Shown here: positions 46,338 through 58,703 of the stretch, one piece after another
How positions within the stretch are numbered: position 1 is the stretch's first letter
How the letters are laid out: each line of letters starts with the position of its first letter
Source of the DNA: an uncultured Spirochaetales bacterium
Lineage (GTDB): Bacteria > Spirochaetota > Spirochaetia > Sphaerochaetales > Sphaerochaetaceae
Reading direction: 5' to 3'
Assembly (NCBI GenBank): GCA_902773355.1
Contig: CACYEI010000030.1
Span: 30,822 to 94,821, forward strand
Length of the DNA stretch: 64,000 bases
The notes under the pieces: generated by a model
The model's database searches: none
Seen by the model: the letters and a program-made list of their open reading frames with translations, nothing else
What the model was told of the DNA's origin: nothing
Translations under genes and position numbers: made by a program

Positions 46338-48095
46338 TTAATTATTTTTAAATTTCTTTTTTAATTTCTTTTTTAAGAAACAGCAACAAAATCTATAACA
46401 TGAAAAAACTATAATGAATATTAAGATTATAAAACTGAATATCTTTACTGGTAAATCTGAAACATTTACATATAAAGTACTTAATTCACTTTCATAAATG
46501 GGTACGGAATAAAGCTTCCAGCCTTCCTTAAATGGCTGCATTTCATCTTTAATTTCACCATAAGCCGTAATTAAACATGTAATACCGCTATTAGTACCTC
46601 TTAGTGTAGATTTTCTTGTTTCCACAGATCTGAATACTGCCATAGCTGCATGCTGATATTCAGCAACAACTGATTTAGACCAATTATCATTTGTCATATT
46701 AACAAGCAAATTTGCACCATTTTTTACAAATTCAGCACAAATATAACCAAAGACATCCTCAAAACATATAGGTGTAGAAAAAGTAATTCCATTAGATGTT
46801 TCAAAAACTACTGATTCAGTACCTTCTTCCCACCAATGATAATCATGTTTTTTTAAAAACTGATAAAAATGGGGCATTAATTTTTCATAAGGAAAGTGTT
46901 CAGTAAACGGAACCAAGTGTTGCTTTGTATAGGTTTGTTTTATTATACCATCATCAAAAAGTATTACTGAATTATAATCTACCTTATTATTCCAGTCACC
47001 AGCTTCAGTGTATGGCTCATCTGTCCCCTCAGCAAGAACACTAGTTGGATTGCCTGTTAAAAGCGGAATATTTAACTCTGTACCAAACTTTACAAAAGAG
47101 GAAACCAATTTTTGAATTTTTCTGAGATAGTCAAAATCATAACCTTTTCCATCACCCGTATAAGGATACTTTGTATACCAACTAACAGATGGTACAAATG
47201 CTGTCTCAGACCATACAACCATATCAACATCAAAACTAAAACTTAAAGCTTCTCTAGTTTCAGCTACCAACGTATTGAAATTATGTTCATAAGTCTGAAA
47301 TCCACCACTCCATGAATCTGCATTATGTTGAACTGCAACTACTTTAAAAGTTTTATCAGGTTTTTTGTTTACCCAATAAGATAATGTTATTACTCCATAA
47401 ACTATTTGAAACAAAAAAAGTACAACATAAAAAATTAGTGAAAATTTGTTTTCCTTAATTAATTCAAAAATTCCAGCAGATGATTTACATACCGTTTTAC
47501 TTAATCTGCAACATAAGAACTTACCCAAAAAAGCTTGGGGAAAAACAAGCATAAATGTTAAAAGCCAAATGCCGGAAAAATCAGCTATTTGAATTAAAAG
47601 TCTATAGTTATAGACAGAATAAGCTATACTTCCATATGGATAACCAGCAAACCAGCTCTGAGAAAGATAGGCATAGGCAACCCAAATAAAAGACTGTAAT
47701 ATAAAACTAAATTTATCCGAAAAAAACTTATCTGCAGCCTTTAATGCAAAAAATAGCAAAACCATTTCACAGGCTTTTATAATCTGAACTATTAAGTTTG
47801 CATATGGATGAAAAGAAGAAAGCCAGTAATTAAAAATCCAATAAAAAACAAACCCATATAAAAAACCGTAAAACCCTACACATCTCCATGATGTATTAGT
47901 AATTACAGCAAATAAGGGTATGAGTGCAAAAAAAGCTAAAAAACCTAAACCATGGATACTGATTAAACTTGGAAATGAAAAAGCAAGTAAAACAGATGAA
48001 AATAAAAGCAAAGAAACCTCAAATAAAATAGATCTGAGGTTCCTTTTAACAATTATTTTTTCTTTTCTTATATTTATTTCTTTAAAAAATGACAT
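46338..48095 (-). CDS. lnt: Apolipoprotein N-acyltransferase
   Basis: Polytopic N-terminal half and a CN-hydrolase domain with WSETA (Glu), a Lys region and ICFEDVF (Cys). Confidence 0.85.
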   Translation of the reverse strand: MSFFKEINIRKEKIIVKRNLRSILFEVSLLLFSSVLLAFSFPSLISIHGLGFLAFFALIPLFAVITNTSWRCVGFYGFLYGFVFYWIFNYWLSSFHPYANLIVQIIKACEMVLLFFALKAADKFFSDKFSFILQSFIWVAYAYLSQSWFAGYPYGSIAYSVYNYRLLIQIADFSGIWLLTFMLVFPQAFLGKFLCCRLSKTVCKSSAGIFELIKENKFSLIFYVVLFLFQIVYGVITLSYWVNKKPDKTFKVVAVQHNADSWSGGFQTYEHNFNTLVAETREALSFSFDVDMVVWSETAFVPSVSWYTKYPYTGDGKGYDFDYLRKIQKLVSSFVKFGTELNIPLLTGNPTSVLAEGTDEPYTEAGDWNNKVDYNSVILFDDGIIKQTYTKQHLVPFTEHFPYEKLMPHFYQFLKKHDYHWWEEGTESVVFETSNGITFSTPICFEDVFGYICAEFVKNGANLLVNMTNDNWSKSVVAEYQHAAMAVFRSVETRKSTLRGTNSGITCLITAYGEIKDEMQPFKEGWKLYSVPIYESELSTLYVNVSDLPVKIFSFIILIFIIVFSCYRFCCCFLKKKLKKKFKNN

Positions 48096-48101
48096 GACAT
48101 T

Positions 48102-48359
48102 TTAAGCTAAAGAATTATACCTGTGACTCATTCTGGATTTTTTTCTGGCTGCAGTATTTGGATGTATAACACCTTTTCCCGCTGCAGTATCTAAAAGTTT
48201 GGCACTTAAAGTCATAGCTTCCAATGCTTCTTCCTTATTTCCTGCAGCACAAGCTGAATCAAACTTCTTTATAGCCGTTCTAAATGTACTCTTGGTTTGT
48301 CTATTTCTCATTCTTCTTTCTTTAGACTGTCTGTCTCTTTTCTGTGCTGAACGTTTCAT
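48102..48359 (-). CDS. rpsT: 30S ribosomal protein S20
   Basis: 85 aa, basic, with KRSAQKRDRQSKERRMRN typical of S20. Confidence 0.9.
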   Translation of the reverse strand: MKRSAQKRDRQSKERRMRNRQTKSTFRTAIKKFDSACAAGNKEEALEAMTLSAKLLDTAAGKGVIHPNTAARKKSRMSHRYNSLA

Positions 48360-48418
48360 TTATCCTCCAAACAATAATTCAAATTTGATATTTTGAAAGT
48401 TTAAGTAAATACAACAGT

Positions 48419-49183
48419 TTATTCAATAGAATACGCCTCAAATGTTACATTTGTATTAACAGTTACTGAAAGTGTCCCAGATGGTGTTTCTGTTTCATAA
48501 AAAGATGCTGTATCATTGGAAGCGGTAAGTGCAATAGTTTCTTCCATGTAAGATCTTTTGGTAGAAGTAGTAGAATAGCCTTCTGTTATAGAAACAGGAG
48601 ATGATAACATTAAAGAAGCACTTTTAGCATACGTTTCTGCTTTTTTTTGTGCATCTTCATATGCAAGTTTTCTAGCACTAATTATAGCCTGTGAATTATC
48701 CTGAACGCCAAAAGAAACGCTATATAAAGAAATACCAGAAACACTTGTTCCTAACTCATCCGCAATACTACCAAATTTATTAATATCTTTTAATTTAACA
48801 TATAATGACTGATTTACCTGCTCTCCATCTTTTATTCTTTCATTGTTTTCCCAATGATATACTGTGTTAAAATTTAAAGAATCAGTACTAATATCCTTAT
48901 CTTCTATGTTGTTTTTCCTAAGTATAGATAAAATTTGTGATATTTTTTTATTTGTGTTCTGCTGAGCTTCTCCAGTAGTACGTGCTGTTTCGCTTACACT
49001 TATATAAAAACTTACCATATCTGCTTCCAAATTAACGGTACCAGTACCAGAAACAGAAATAATAGTAGATGATTTATCATCAGAAGAATTATCTAATCCA
49101 GAACTTGAACAAGAAAAACATATTGTTATTAAAACTAAACAAATAAATAAATAAAATAATCCTTTTTTTATATTTTTTTTCAT
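48419..49183 (-). CDS. SIMPL (DUF541) domain lipoprotein
   Basis: Start set at the ATG at 49183 (MKKNIKK...). Lipobox ICFSC. VSGTGTVNLEADMVSFYISV and the C-terminal sheet region are typical of SIMPL. Confidence 0.7.
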   Translation of the reverse strand: MKKNIKKGLFYLFICLVLITICFSCSSSGLDNSSDDKSSTIISVSGTGTVNLEADMVSFYISVSETARTTGEAQQNTNKKISQILSILRKNNIEDKDISTDSLNFNTVYHWENNERIKDGEQVNQSLYVKLKDINKFGSIADELGTSVSGISLYSVSFGVQDNSQAIISARKLAYEDAQKKAETYAKSASLMLSSPVSITEGYSTTSTKRSYMEETIALTASNDTASFYETETPSGTLSVTVNTNVTFEAYSIE

Positions 49184-49203
49184 AATAATCAAAACCCCAT
49201 ATA

Positions 49204-49821
49204 TTAAAAATTAATCATATCCTGAAATTTTAAATAATAAAACAAAGCTATAAGCATACTTCCATTAGTATTATGCTCAGCTCCCATATTTAAAAAGGCA
49301 TCTTTTTCTGATATTAGCATAACTTCTATATCTTCATTTTTGTCAAATTTCTGTTCACCTGTAAAATATAAATCTTCTGCCAGAAAATAATTTCCTATTA
49401 CAGACATAAAAGCTGGATTTGGATTTATTTTTCCAATCTGTGTTATTTTTTTTGCTACAAGCCCAGTTTCTTCTTTTAGTTCTCTTAAAGCCGCAGTTTT
49501 TGCATCTTCACCATCTTCTACTATACCTGCAGGAAACTCTAAAGTAACTTCACAGCTTCCATGTCTAAACTGATTTTCAACAACAAAAAATCTATCACCA
49601 TTATTATCTATAAATAGTGGTATGATATTTACCCAGTTTTTAGATTTTACCTGAACAAATTCTCCTTTTCTAACTCCATCTGGATGTTCTCTATACACAG
49701 TGTTAACATCAAAAAGCGGAGTTTTTATACTGCTTTTTAGATTACAGTCTTTCCATGACAAAATTGATTTAGATATTTTACCTGAATATAGACTAAAATC
49801 TGAAATACTAAGTTTATGCAT
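49204..49821 (-). CDS. NUDIX hydrolase (ADP-ribose pyrophosphatase-like)
   Basis: Nudix box GIVEDGEDAKTAALRELKEETG. Confidence 0.8.
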   Translation of the reverse strand: MHKLSISDFSLYSGKISKSILSWKDCNLKSSIKTPLFDVNTVYREHPDGVRKGEFVQVKSKNWVNIIPLFIDNNGDRFFVVENQFRHGSCEVTLEFPAGIVEDGEDAKTAALRELKEETGLVAKKITQIGKINPNPAFMSVIGNYFLAEDLYFTGEQKFDKNEDIEVMLISEKDAFLNMGAEHNTNGSMLIALFYYLKFQDMINF

Positions 49822-49833
49822 AATGCTAAAATA

Positions 49834-51078
49834 TTAAACCAGTTTTTCCATTACAGGGACACAGGCCATAAGAACACCTGCAGCTACAGCTGAACCAATT
49901 ACACCTGAAACATTAGGTCCCATGGCATGCATAAGTAAAAAATTCTGCGGATCTTCTTCCTGCCCAACCTTACTAGCTACACGTGCTGCCATAGGAACAG
50001 CAGAAACCCCTGCTGCACCAATTAAAGGATTAACAGGATGTTTTTTATCTATCTTGTTCATAATTTTAGCTATAAGTAAGCCAGCCGCCGTACCTATTGA
50101 AAATGCTACGGCACCTAAAGCAAGAATTCCTAAGGTTTCACCTCTTAAAAAATGTCCAGCTTCCATTTTAGAACCTACTGATAGACCTAAAAAGATAGTA
50201 ACAGTATTCATTAAAGCATTACTTGCCGTATCTGAAAGTCTGGAAGTTACACCACATTCTTTTAAAAGATTACCAAACATGAGTGCTCCAATTAATGGAG
50301 TAGCACTAGGTAAAAGTATGGCACACAGGAGTAACACTGAAAGAGGGAAAACTATTTTTTCAGTTTTAGAAACAGGTCTAAGTTGCTGCATTCTAATTTT
50401 TCTTTCCTCTTTGGTTGTAAGTAATTTCATGATAGGTGGTTGAATTACTGGAACTAATGCCATATAAGAATACGCAGCAACAGCTATAGGGCCAAGCAAA
50501 TCTTTAGATAATCTGGATGTAACAAATATAGCTGTAGGTCCATCAGCTCCTCCAATGATTCCTATACTTGCAGCATCATGAAGCGTATAAGTTAATCCTG
50601 GTATAAGATTTAATGCTAACGCACCAATTAACGCAGTAAAAATTCCAAACTGAGCTGCAGCACCTAAAAGTAATGTTTTAGGATTAGCTATAAGAGGACC
50701 AAAATCTGTCATAGCTCCTACACCAATAAATATCAACACTGGAAACAAACCAGTATTAATCCCTGCATCAAATAGAACTTTAATAAAACCTATGGCTCCC
50801 TGAGCCCCTGCTTCCATGCTTGGATCTATCCCAGCTATATAAGCAAAAGGAATATTTGAAAGAATACATCCCATTCCAATTGGAACTAATAATAAAGGCT
50901 CAAAACCTTTTTTTATAGCTAGAAAAAGGAGTAAAAGCCCTACCAATATCATAACAACATTACTCCATCCAAAAAGAGTAGCCTCTGTACCATAAGTTGA
51001 AACAATTTCTGAATTGCCTAAACCTAAAAAGCCATAGAGACCTGTTGTTTTCCACAAGTTTAATAGATACGTACCCAT
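49834..51078 (-). CDS. oadB: Sodium-translocating decarboxylase beta subunit
   Basis: 414 aa, polytopic, strongly OadB/GcdB/MmdB-like ([36 protein letters not shown]). Confidence 0.9.
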   Translation of the reverse strand: MGTYLLNLWKTTGLYGFLGLGNSEIVSTYGTEATLFGWSNVVMILVGLLLLFLAIKKGFEPLLLVPIGMGCILSNIPFAYIAGIDPSMEAGAQGAIGFIKVLFDAGINTGLFPVLIFIGVGAMTDFGPLIANPKTLLLGAAAQFGIFTALIGALALNLIPGLTYTLHDAASIGIIGGADGPTAIFVTSRLSKDLLGPIAVAAYSYMALVPVIQPPIMKLLTTKEERKIRMQQLRPVSKTEKIVFPLSVLLLCAILLPSATPLIGALMFGNLLKECGVTSRLSDTASNALMNTVTIFLGLSVGSKMEAGHFLRGETLGILALGAVAFSIGTAAGLLIAKIMNKIDKKHPVNPLIGAAGVSAVPMAARVASKVGQEEDPQNFLLMHAMGPNVSGVIGSAVAAGVLMACVPVMEKLV

Positions 51079-51091
51079 CTAATTACACCCC

Positions 51092-52933
51092 TTAAGCTAT
51101 AGTTAATAATAAATCACCAGCATTAAGTTGCTGACCTTGTGTAACATTAACTGAAGTAATTGTACCGTCACATGGTGCAAATATTTCATTTTCCATCTTC
51201 ATAGCTTCCATTACCATAACAACTTGATTCTTTTTTACAGTCTGTCCACTCTTTACTTCTAGCCTTAGAACCAGTCCTGGCATAGGAGCAGTGACTTCTG
51301 TTTTTTCTCCATTACTTGCAGCTTTATCATTATTTGATTCTATTTTTGTTTCATTTCCAGATGTTTTTAGAGAAGAATCTATAGCATTTTTATTAATTCC
51401 AAACTCAACACTTAAAGGATAGCGTACTCCATTTACTAAGACGGAATCTTTTTCTATCTTCACACCATAAAAACTATTATTTACTTTTACAGTATATTCA
51501 CCTGATGTTTTTAAAAGAGACTCTTCTTTTGTCATCTTTCTTACACCGTTAACCTTAGATTTACCAGTTAAAAATAAAATACCTTTTTCCTTACAAGATG
51601 CAGCAATAAAGATATTTTCATCTGTAATAGGAAGATTTTCTGCTTTCAACATTTCTATAGCTGCCTTTCTTCCTTTCTTTGGATCTTCTTCATTAAGCTC
51701 TACAACTTTTTTTGTAGTTGGCTGCAGCTTTAACTGTTCAGAAGCAATTTTAACAACTTCAGGATCTGGAGACACTGGCGTTTTACCAAAATAACCTAAA
51801 ACCATTTTCCCATAGCCTTCAGCAATTTTTTTCCATGAACCAAACATAACATTATTAAAAGCTTGTTGAAAATAAAACTGGGAAACAGGAGTTACAGAAG
51901 TACCAAAACCACCCTTTGCTACAGTTTCCCCCATGGCTGCAACAATATCAGGATATTTATCCATTAGGTTATTATCCCTTAACATCTGGGTATTTGCCGT
52001 AAGAGCTCCACCTGGCAAAGGGAAAAAAGGTATATTTGGATTTACTGTAGTAGCTTCTGGAGGTAAAAAATAATCTTCCATACATTTTTTAAAAACATCT
52101 TCAGCCTTTTGAACGGCATGAATATCTATTCCTAAATCATACTCAGTACCTCTTAAGGCATGCCACATAGTTACAATATCTGGCTGACATGTTCCACCTG
52201 AAACTGGCTGCATAGACAAATCAAGCTGATCTGCTCCTGCAGCAAGTGCACTCATATACTGCTGAACACAGCATCCTGCTGTATCATGGCTATGCATAAC
52301 AATTTTTACATCTTTTCCTACCAATTCTCTTGCTCTTTTTATTGTTTCATAAATCACATGTGGAGTAGATGTACCAGAAGCATCTTTAAAACATAAACTG
52401 TCAAATGGAATTCCTGCATCCAAAATCCCTCTTAATACCCTTTCATAGAAATCAGGATCATGAGCTCCCGTAGTTCCTGGTGGTAAACTCATCATGGTTA
52501 CAGTCATTTCATGCTTTAAACCCGCATTATGAATGGAATTACCGCTGTCAACAAGGTTGTTTACATCATTTAATGCATCAAAATTTCTTATTGTAGTTAT
52601 TCCATGTTTCTTAAAAAGTTTAGCATGAAGATCTATAATATCTTTGGTTTGGGAATCTAAGCCTACTACATTTACACCTCTGGCTAATGTTTGTAAATTA
52701 GCATCAGGACCTGCAGTACGTCTAAACTCATCCATCATTTCAAATGCATCTTCATTGCTATAAAAATAGAGTGACTGGAATCTAGCACCACCACCAGCTT
52801 CAAAATGTGTTATTCCTGCCTTTCTTGCAGCATCTACTGCAGGCATAAAATCATTTGTAAAAACTCTGGCACCGTAAACAGATTGAAATCCATCTCTGAA
52901 TGCAGTACACATGAAATCTATTTTTTTTGACAT
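51092..52933 (-). CDS. oadA: Oxaloacetate decarboxylase alpha subunit (carboxyltransferase plus biotinyl carrier domain)
   Basis: TAFRDGFQS, HSHDTAG and a C-terminal biotinylation motif EAMKMENE. Confidence 0.88.
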   Translation of the reverse strand: MSKKIDFMCTAFRDGFQSVYGARVFTNDFMPAVDAARKAGITHFEAGGGARFQSLYFYSNEDAFEMMDEFRRTAGPDANLQTLARGVNVVGLDSQTKDIIDLHAKLFKKHGITTIRNFDALNDVNNLVDSGNSIHNAGLKHEMTVTMMSLPPGTTGAHDPDFYERVLRGILDAGIPFDSLCFKDASGTSTPHVIYETIKRARELVGKDVKIVMHSHDTAGCCVQQYMSALAAGADQLDLSMQPVSGGTCQPDIVTMWHALRGTEYDLGIDIHAVQKAEDVFKKCMEDYFLPPEATTVNPNIPFFPLPGGALTANTQMLRDNNLMDKYPDIVAAMGETVAKGGFGTSVTPVSQFYFQQAFNNVMFGSWKKIAEGYGKMVLGYFGKTPVSPDPEVVKIASEQLKLQPTTKKVVELNEEDPKKGRKAAIEMLKAENLPITDENIFIAASCKEKGILFLTGKSKVNGVRKMTKEESLLKTSGEYTVKVNNSFYGVKIEKDSVLVNGVRYPLSVEFGINKNAIDSSLKTSGNETKIESNNDKAASNGEKTEVTAPMPGLVLRLEVKSGQTVKKNQVVMVMEAMKMENEIFAPCDGTITSVNVTQGQQLNAGDLLLTIA

Positions 52934-52946
52934 ATTATACCTCTAA

Positions 52947-53207
52947 TTATTTAGCTTTATCATAGGCCACAGCAATTGCTGCAGCTATTTCAGCTTCCTG
53001 AGCTGAAGTAGAATGGTTTAAACTCTGAGTTGCTTTAGAATTTGGGACGTCTGTACTCTTTTTCTCCATTTTAGTTACAATTTTAGATATAATTTTTGTA
53101 GAAAAAACCAAAATTGTAAGAAAGAGAAAAACTATCCCCATCCCTAAAACCATCATAATCAGTCCATTACCTATCTGCTGATTAAAAACAATAGATTGAA
53201 GGATCAT
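52947..53207 (-). CDS. oadG: OadG-family decarboxylase gamma subunit
   Basis: 86 aa with a single TM helix (GMGIVFLFLTILVF), at the first position in the operon. Confidence 0.75.
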   Translation of the reverse strand: MILQSIVFNQQIGNGLIMMVLGMGIVFLFLTILVFSTKIISKIVTKMEKKSTDVPNSKATQSLNHSTSAQEAEIAAAIAVAYDKAK

Positions 53208-53235
53208 TTATTACTCCATAAAAATTAAATTGAGA

Positions 53236-53277
53236 AGAAAAAGGTTGCAATTTTTAGTTAAAATAAGAATTGCAACC
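53236..53277 (-). terminator. Rho-independent terminator after rpsG
   Basis: On the minus strand, a 10-bp stem GGTTGCAATT/AATTGCAACC with a 15-nt loop, then TTTTTCTTCT. Confidence 0.6.
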
Positions 53278-53298
53278 ATACTTTAAAGAAATAAATAT

Positions 53299-53769
53299 TT
53301 AAAATCTGATATGGCTAAACGCCTTATTTGCTTCAGCCATTCTATGCATATCTTCTTTTTTCTTGAAAGCTGTTCCTGTATTTGAATATGCGTCTAGCAT
53401 TTCAGAAGCCAGCTTCTCAGACATACTTTTACCGCTTCTACCACGTGCAGCAGCTATAATCCATCTCATAGCTAAAGCCTCACGCCTAGCTTCTCTTATT
53501 TCTGTTGGAACCTGATATGTAGCTCCACCAACTCTTTTAGATTTGACTTCTATAACAGGTTTAACATTTTCTAATGCTTTAGTAAAAACATCTAAAGCTG
53601 ACTCACCTGTCTTTTCTCCCATAATCTTCATAGCACTGTAAAGGATACGAGTACTTACAGACTTTTTTCCATCCAACATCATCCTGTTTATAAATTTTTC
53701 AACTGTAACACTATTATAAACAGAATCTGGAAGTACTGTTCTAACTGGAGCATTTGTTCTTCTTGACAT
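53299..53769 (-). CDS. rpsG: 30S ribosomal protein S7
   Basis: 156 aa, MSRR...PDSVYNS...[25 protein letters not shown]. Confidence 0.95.
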   Translation of the reverse strand: MSRRTNAPVRTVLPDSVYNSVTVEKFINRMMLDGKKSVSTRILYSAMKIMGEKTGESALDVFTKALENVKPVIEVKSKRVGGATYQVPTEIREARREALAMRWIIAAARGRSGKSMSEKLASEMLDAYSNTGTAFKKKEDMHRMAEANKAFSHIRF

Positions 53770-53784
53770 TACAAAACCTCCTTA

Positions 53785-54159
53785 TCAAGCCTTAGGCTTT
53801 TTAGTTCCGTACTTAGAACGGCTTCTCTTTCTGTCTGTAACACCCTGTGTATCTTTAGAACCACGTATTATATGATATCTGACACCAGGAAGGTCCTTTA
53901 CTCTTCCGCCTCTGATAAGGACAACTGAGTGTTCCTGAAGATTATGACCAATTCCAGGAATATACGCAGTAACCTCTGTACCTGTTGACAAACGCACCCT
54001 AGCTACCTTTCTTAGAGCTGAGTTAGGTTTTTTAGGTGTAACTGTCATAACCTTAGTACACACCCCACGCTTCTGAGGGCATCCCTCCAAAGCTGGGGAT
54101 TTTGTTTTGGATTTAGGAGTTGATCTACCCTTTCTGATCAACTGATTAATTGTAGGCAT
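53785..54159 (-). CDS. rpsL: 30S ribosomal protein S12
   Basis: 124 aa, [12 protein letters not shown]...[16 protein letters not shown]. Confidence 0.95.
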   Translation of the reverse strand: MPTINQLIRKGRSTPKSKTKSPALEGCPQKRGVCTKVMTVTPKKPNSALRKVARVRLSTGTEVTAYIPGIGHNLQEHSVVLIRGGRVKDLPGVRYHIIRGSKDTQGVTDRKRSRSKYGTKKPKA

Positions 54160-54283
54160 AATTAGCCCCTCCTCACCGTAAACAGCGCTACACTATAAAA
54201 TGTACATCTGCTGAATACGCAAATAAAACTAGCATACGCTAACTTTTAAAAATTTTTAATTTCAAATTATGTTAATTAAAATA

Positions 54284-57200
54284 TTAATCAAAATCTTCAT
54301 AATCTGCAACACTGTCAGAATTATCTTCATAAACAAATTCTGAATTCATAAGTGATAAATCATCAAAAGAATCATCACTTTCTTCTTCATCGCTGTCTTT
54401 ACTTATTTCTGCATTAGTATAGACATAATTACGAGAATTATCTTTCAGCTTAACATCTCTATATGATTTTAAACCAGTTCCCGCAGGAATAAGATGACCT
54501 ATAATAACATTTTCCTTAAGCCCTCTAAGTTCATCCATACTTCCAGCAATAGCTGCATTAGTTAGAACTCTTGTAGTTTCCTGGAATGAAGCAGCACTAA
54601 CAAATGAATCAATTGAAAGAGATGCATGTGTTATACCTAATAAACATGGTCTAGCTACAGCAGGTTCTCCACCTTCTCTTATTACTCTGGCATTCTCTTC
54701 ATGGAAAGCAAACTTATCCACTTTTTGACCTTGAATAAACTTTGTATCACCTACTCTTTGAATTTCTACCTTTTTCAGCATCTGTCTTACAACAATACCT
54801 AAATGTTTATCGTTTATATCTACACCCTGAAGTCTATAAACCTCCTGTACTTCACTTAATAGGAACTGTTGAAGTTTATTTTCTCCGTTAATAGACAAAA
54901 TATCATGAGGATTTATATTTCCATCACAAAGTCTTTCTCCTGCTTCCACATGATCCCCATCTCTAACTAGAATATGTTTTCCAATCATTATCATGTGCTT
55001 ATGTGGAATACCAAAATCATCTATAACATCAATCTCACGTTTACCCTTAACTATCTTTCCAAAAGATATTTCACCTGATACAGCAGCAAGTACGGCTACA
55101 TTTCTAGGCTTTCTGGCTTCAAATAACTCACCAACTCTTGGAAGACCACCAGTAATATCTTTAGTTTTAGCTCCAGCTGTCAGAAGTTTTGCAATAATCT
55201 GTCCTTTTTTAATTTTGGAACCTTCCTCTACCTGTATATATGAGGAACCAGGCAACAAATAAGAAGAAATAATCTTACCTTTCTCATCTGTAAACGGCTC
55301 ACCATCTTTATCAGTTATTACTAAAGCAGGCTCTGCAGATTCTATGACATGGTCAGTTACACGTAATCCTATTGTACCTGTTTCTTCATTAACTTCTCTT
55401 ACAAGAGTAGTTCCAGCTACCAAATCAACAAATTTAACTATACCATCAAATTCACTGATAATAGGCTCAGAGAAAGGATCAAATGTAATAAGAGGTTCTG
55501 AAGCAGGCACATATTGATATTCTGAAATATGAAGTTCAGCACCAGTTCTAGCTGTAATCTTTTCTTCAGCTCCTAAAACATACACTTTATCTTTAGTTAT
55601 TTTGACTATTCCACCTTTTGCATTACAAACAAGTTCATTTTTACCGCTTAAACCTATTACAGTTTTACCTTGAATTTTATCTCCATCGCTAACACTAAGT
55701 TTTGTAATAGCTTTAACATCAAAATTATCCAAAACATTTCTGTAAAAAATGTTTCCTTTTCTGGTAAACAAAGTGGCTTCAGGGAGTTTTTCATCTTTAT
55801 CAGCTTTACGGAATATGGTACTCCCTGTAATTTTTTCTATAAATACAGGATGATTAAGTGTTATCTTATTTTCCTCAGCACTTGTACTAGCTGTACCTCC
55901 TACATGGAAAGTCCTCATGGTAAGCTGAGTTCCAGGCTGTCCTATGGACTGGGCAGCTATAATACCTACAGCTTCACCAACTTCCACAGGCCTGTTAGTA
56001 GCTAAATTCCTACCATAACATTTTTTACAGACACCATGTTTAGCTTCACAGGTTAAAACTGATCTAACTAAAACTCTTTCAACACCTGCTTCTTCAATCA
56101 TCTTTGCTTCTTCATCTGAGATTTCATGATCAGCTGGTACAAGAATTTCTCCTGTCGTAGGATCCTTTACATCCTCTAAAGTGTATTGACCAATAATTTG
56201 CTCAGATAAAGATGATATAATATCTTCATTATCTTTTATTGCAGCACGTTCAATACCGTTTATTGTTCCACAGTCTTCAATATTAACTACAACATCTTGA
56301 GAAATATCTACAAGTCTTCTGGTTAGGTAACCAGCTTCTGCTGTCTTTAATGCTGTATCTGAAAGACCCTTTCTAGCTCCGTTTGTTGAAATAAAGAATT
56401 CTATAATGGATAATCCTTCTTTAAAATTTGATTTAATAGGAAATTCAATAATATCACCATTTGGCTTAGCCATAAGTCCACGCATACCACCTAGCTGCCT
56501 GATTTGGTTTTTAGAACCTCTAGCTCCTGAATCAGCCATTAGAAATAAAGGATTAAAACCGTCCTGACTATTTCTCATGTCTTCCATAAGTTTATCTGCC
56601 AAAAGATCATTGGCCTCAGACCAAGTACTTACCAATGTGTTATATCTTTCTTCCTGTGAAATCTGACCAGAATGGTACTGCCTTAACACTTCTGCCTGTT
56701 TTTTATTTGCAGCCTCAATTATTTCCTTCTTTGCTTCTGGAATAATCATATCACTTAAACCTATTGTTGCACCAAAAACAGTAGCATATTTATAGCCTAC
56801 ATCTTTAATGGCATCAACAAGTTCACAAACCAGATAATTTGTACTAGTTTTAAGTGCTTTGGATATTAACTTCTTTAATTCTTTATCTCCAAAGCATTTA
56901 TTCATGTCTTCCTGAAAAACTATTCCAGGAACTTCTGGCAAAGCATCTGAAAATAATAATCTACCTGCAGTAGTATAATTTTCAGGATCCTTTGGATACG
57001 TAAACCTATATCCATCAGGCATGGTAAAACCAATTTTAGAATTATAGGATAAAACATTATTTTCAATAGCTAAAACAACTTCATTAATATCATCGTAATA
57101 TTTTCCTTCGCCCTTATCTCTATCCTTTACCCTAGTAAGATAGTTAATACCTAAAACCATATCCTGAGATGGATAAACTATTGGTTTACCATTTGCCGGG

Positions 57201-58687
57201 TCTAAAAGATTGGTAGCACTTAGCATTAAAGTCCAACATTCAAGCTGAGCAGCCTGAGTTAATGGGACATGAACTGCCATTTGGTCTCCGTCAAAGTCAG
57301 CATTAAAAGCATGACAGACTAACGGGTGCAGTTTAATAGCTTTACCATCTACCAGCACAGGTTCAAAAGCCTGTATTCCTAATCGGTGTAATGTTGGAGC
57401 TCTATTTAGCAGAACAGGATGTTGTTTAACCACTTCATCCAGAACACCCCAAACTTCAGGAAGTTCTTGCTCCACTATCATTTTAGCTCTTTTGACATTA
57501 GAAGCAGTTCCACTTTGAATAAGTTTTCTCATTAAGAACGGTTTATAAAGCTCTAATGCCATTTTAGAAGGCAAACCACACTGGTGAATACGTAATTCAG
57601 GACCTACAACAATTACAGAACGCCCTGAATAATCAACACGCTTACCTAAAAGATTTTGTCTGAATCTCCCCTGTTTACCCTTAAGCATATCTGCCAAAGA
57701 TTTAAGAGGTCTGCTATTAGCTCCTTTTACAGCACTTCTTTTACGTTTTGAATTATCAAATAAAGCATCTACTGCTTCCTGAAGCATTCTTTTTTCATTT
57801 CTAATAATAATATCAGGAGCATGTAATGCTATTAATCTTGTAAGACGGTTATTTCTGTTTATAACTCTTCTATACAAATCATTCAAATCACTTGTAGCAA
57901 ACCTACCACCATCTAGCTGAACCATTGGTCTTAAATCTGGAGGTATGACAGGTATAACAGAAAGAATCATCCACTCTGGTTTGTTCCCAGAAGAAAGAAA
58001 ATTTTCAACAACTTCTATTCTTTTGATAAGTTTTTTATCTACCTTATCACCTTTTTCTCTCATTTTTTCTCTAAGTTCAGCTGAGATAGAACTAAGATCT
58101 AAGTTTGCTAACAGAGTTCTTATTGCTTCTGCACCCATACCGGCAGAGAATGAATCACCTAATAAATCCTTTAATTTAATATATTCTTCTTCCGTTAAAA
58201 GCTGCATCTTTTTCAGCTCTATGGTATTATTAGGACCTAATTCTATCTGTCTTCCCTCATTTTCTTCTCCAGGGTCAGTTACAATATATTTTTCATAATA
58301 TAGAACGCTTTGAAGTGCATTTTTACCCAAATCTAATAAATATCCCATTCTTGATGGAACACTTTTATAGTACCATATATGAGAGACAGGAGATGCTAGA
58401 GTAATATGTCCCATCCTCTCTCTTCTCACTTTAGTATCTGTAACTTCAACTCCGCATCTATCACAAATAACGCCTTTATATCTTATACTTTTAAACTTAC
58501 CGCAATAACATTCCCACTCTTTAGTAGTTCCAAATATTTTTTCACAGAACAGTCCTTCCCTTTCAGGTCTAAGTGTTCTGTAATTTATAGTTTCAGGTTT
58601 CTTTACTTCTCCATAAGACCAGGCTAAAATCTGATCTGGGGAAGCAAGTTTTATCATTACACTGTCAAAATCCTGAATATCTTTCAT
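54284..58687 (-). CDS. rpoC: DNA-directed RNA polymerase subunit beta'
   Basis: 1467 aa with the zinc motif [23 protein letters not shown], the catalytic [12 protein letters not shown], a large trigger-loop insertion and an acidic tail. Confidence 0.97.
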   Translation of the reverse strand: MKDIQDFDSVMIKLASPDQILAWSYGEVKKPETINYRTLRPEREGLFCEKIFGTTKEWECYCGKFKSIRYKGVICDRCGVEVTDTKVRRERMGHITLASPVSHIWYYKSVPSRMGYLLDLGKNALQSVLYYEKYIVTDPGEENEGRQIELGPNNTIELKKMQLLTEEEYIKLKDLLGDSFSAGMGAEAIRTLLANLDLSSISAELREKMREKGDKVDKKLIKRIEVVENFLSSGNKPEWMILSVIPVIPPDLRPMVQLDGGRFATSDLNDLYRRVINRNNRLTRLIALHAPDIIIRNEKRMLQEAVDALFDNSKRKRSAVKGANSRPLKSLADMLKGKQGRFRQNLLGKRVDYSGRSVIVVGPELRIHQCGLPSKMALELYKPFLMRKLIQSGTASNVKRAKMIVEQELPEVWGVLDEVVKQHPVLLNRAPTLHRLGIQAFEPVLVDGKAIKLHPLVCHAFNADFDGDQMAVHVPLTQAAQLECWTLMLSATNLLDPANGKPIVYPSQDMVLGINYLTRVKDRDKGEGKYYDDINEVVLAIENNVLSYNSKIGFTMPDGYRFTYPKDPENYTTAGRLLFSDALPEVPGIVFQEDMNKCFGDKELKKLISKALKTSTNYLVCELVDAIKDVGYKYATVFGATIGLSDMIIPEAKKEIIEAANKKQAEVLRQYHSGQISQEERYNTLVSTWSEANDLLADKLMEDMRNSQDGFNPLFLMADSGARGSKNQIRQLGGMRGLMAKPNGDIIEFPIKSNFKEGLSIIEFFISTNGARKGLSDTALKTAEAGYLTRRLVDISQDVVVNIEDCGTINGIERAAIKDNEDIISSLSEQIIGQYTLEDVKDPTTGEILVPADHEISDEEAKMIEEAGVERVLVRSVLTCEAKHGVCKKCYGRNLATNRPVEVGEAVGIIAAQSIGQPGTQLTMRTFHVGGTASTSAEENKITLNHPVFIEKITGSTIFRKADKDEKLPEATLFTRKGNIFYRNVLDNFDVKAITKLSVSDGDKIQGKTVIGLSGKNELVCNAKGGIVKITKDKVYVLGAEEKITARTGAELHISEYQYVPASEPLITFDPFSEPIISEFDGIVKFVDLVAGTTLVREVNEETGTIGLRVTDHVIESAEPALVITDKDGEPFTDEKGKIISSYLLPGSSYIQVEEGSKIKKGQIIAKLLTAGAKTKDITGGLPRVGELFEARKPRNVAVLAAVSGEISFGKIVKGKREIDVIDDFGIPHKHMIMIGKHILVRDGDHVEAGERLCDGNINPHDILSINGENKLQQFLLSEVQEVYRLQGVDINDKHLGIVVRQMLKKVEIQRVGDTKFIQGQKVDKFAFHEENARVIREGGEPAVARPCLLGITHASLSIDSFVSAASFQETTRVLTNAAIAGSMDELRGLKENVIIGHLIPAGTGLKSYRDVKLKDNSRNYVYTNAEISKDSDEEESDDSFDDLSLMNSEFVYEDNSDSVADYEDFD

Positions 58688-58703
58688 TTAAATTACCCTC
58701 CAC

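Noticed and set aside
49922-50443. 173-aa plus-strand ORF inside oadB
   Set aside because: It is antisense to a highly conserved membrane subunit. It is a shadow ORF.
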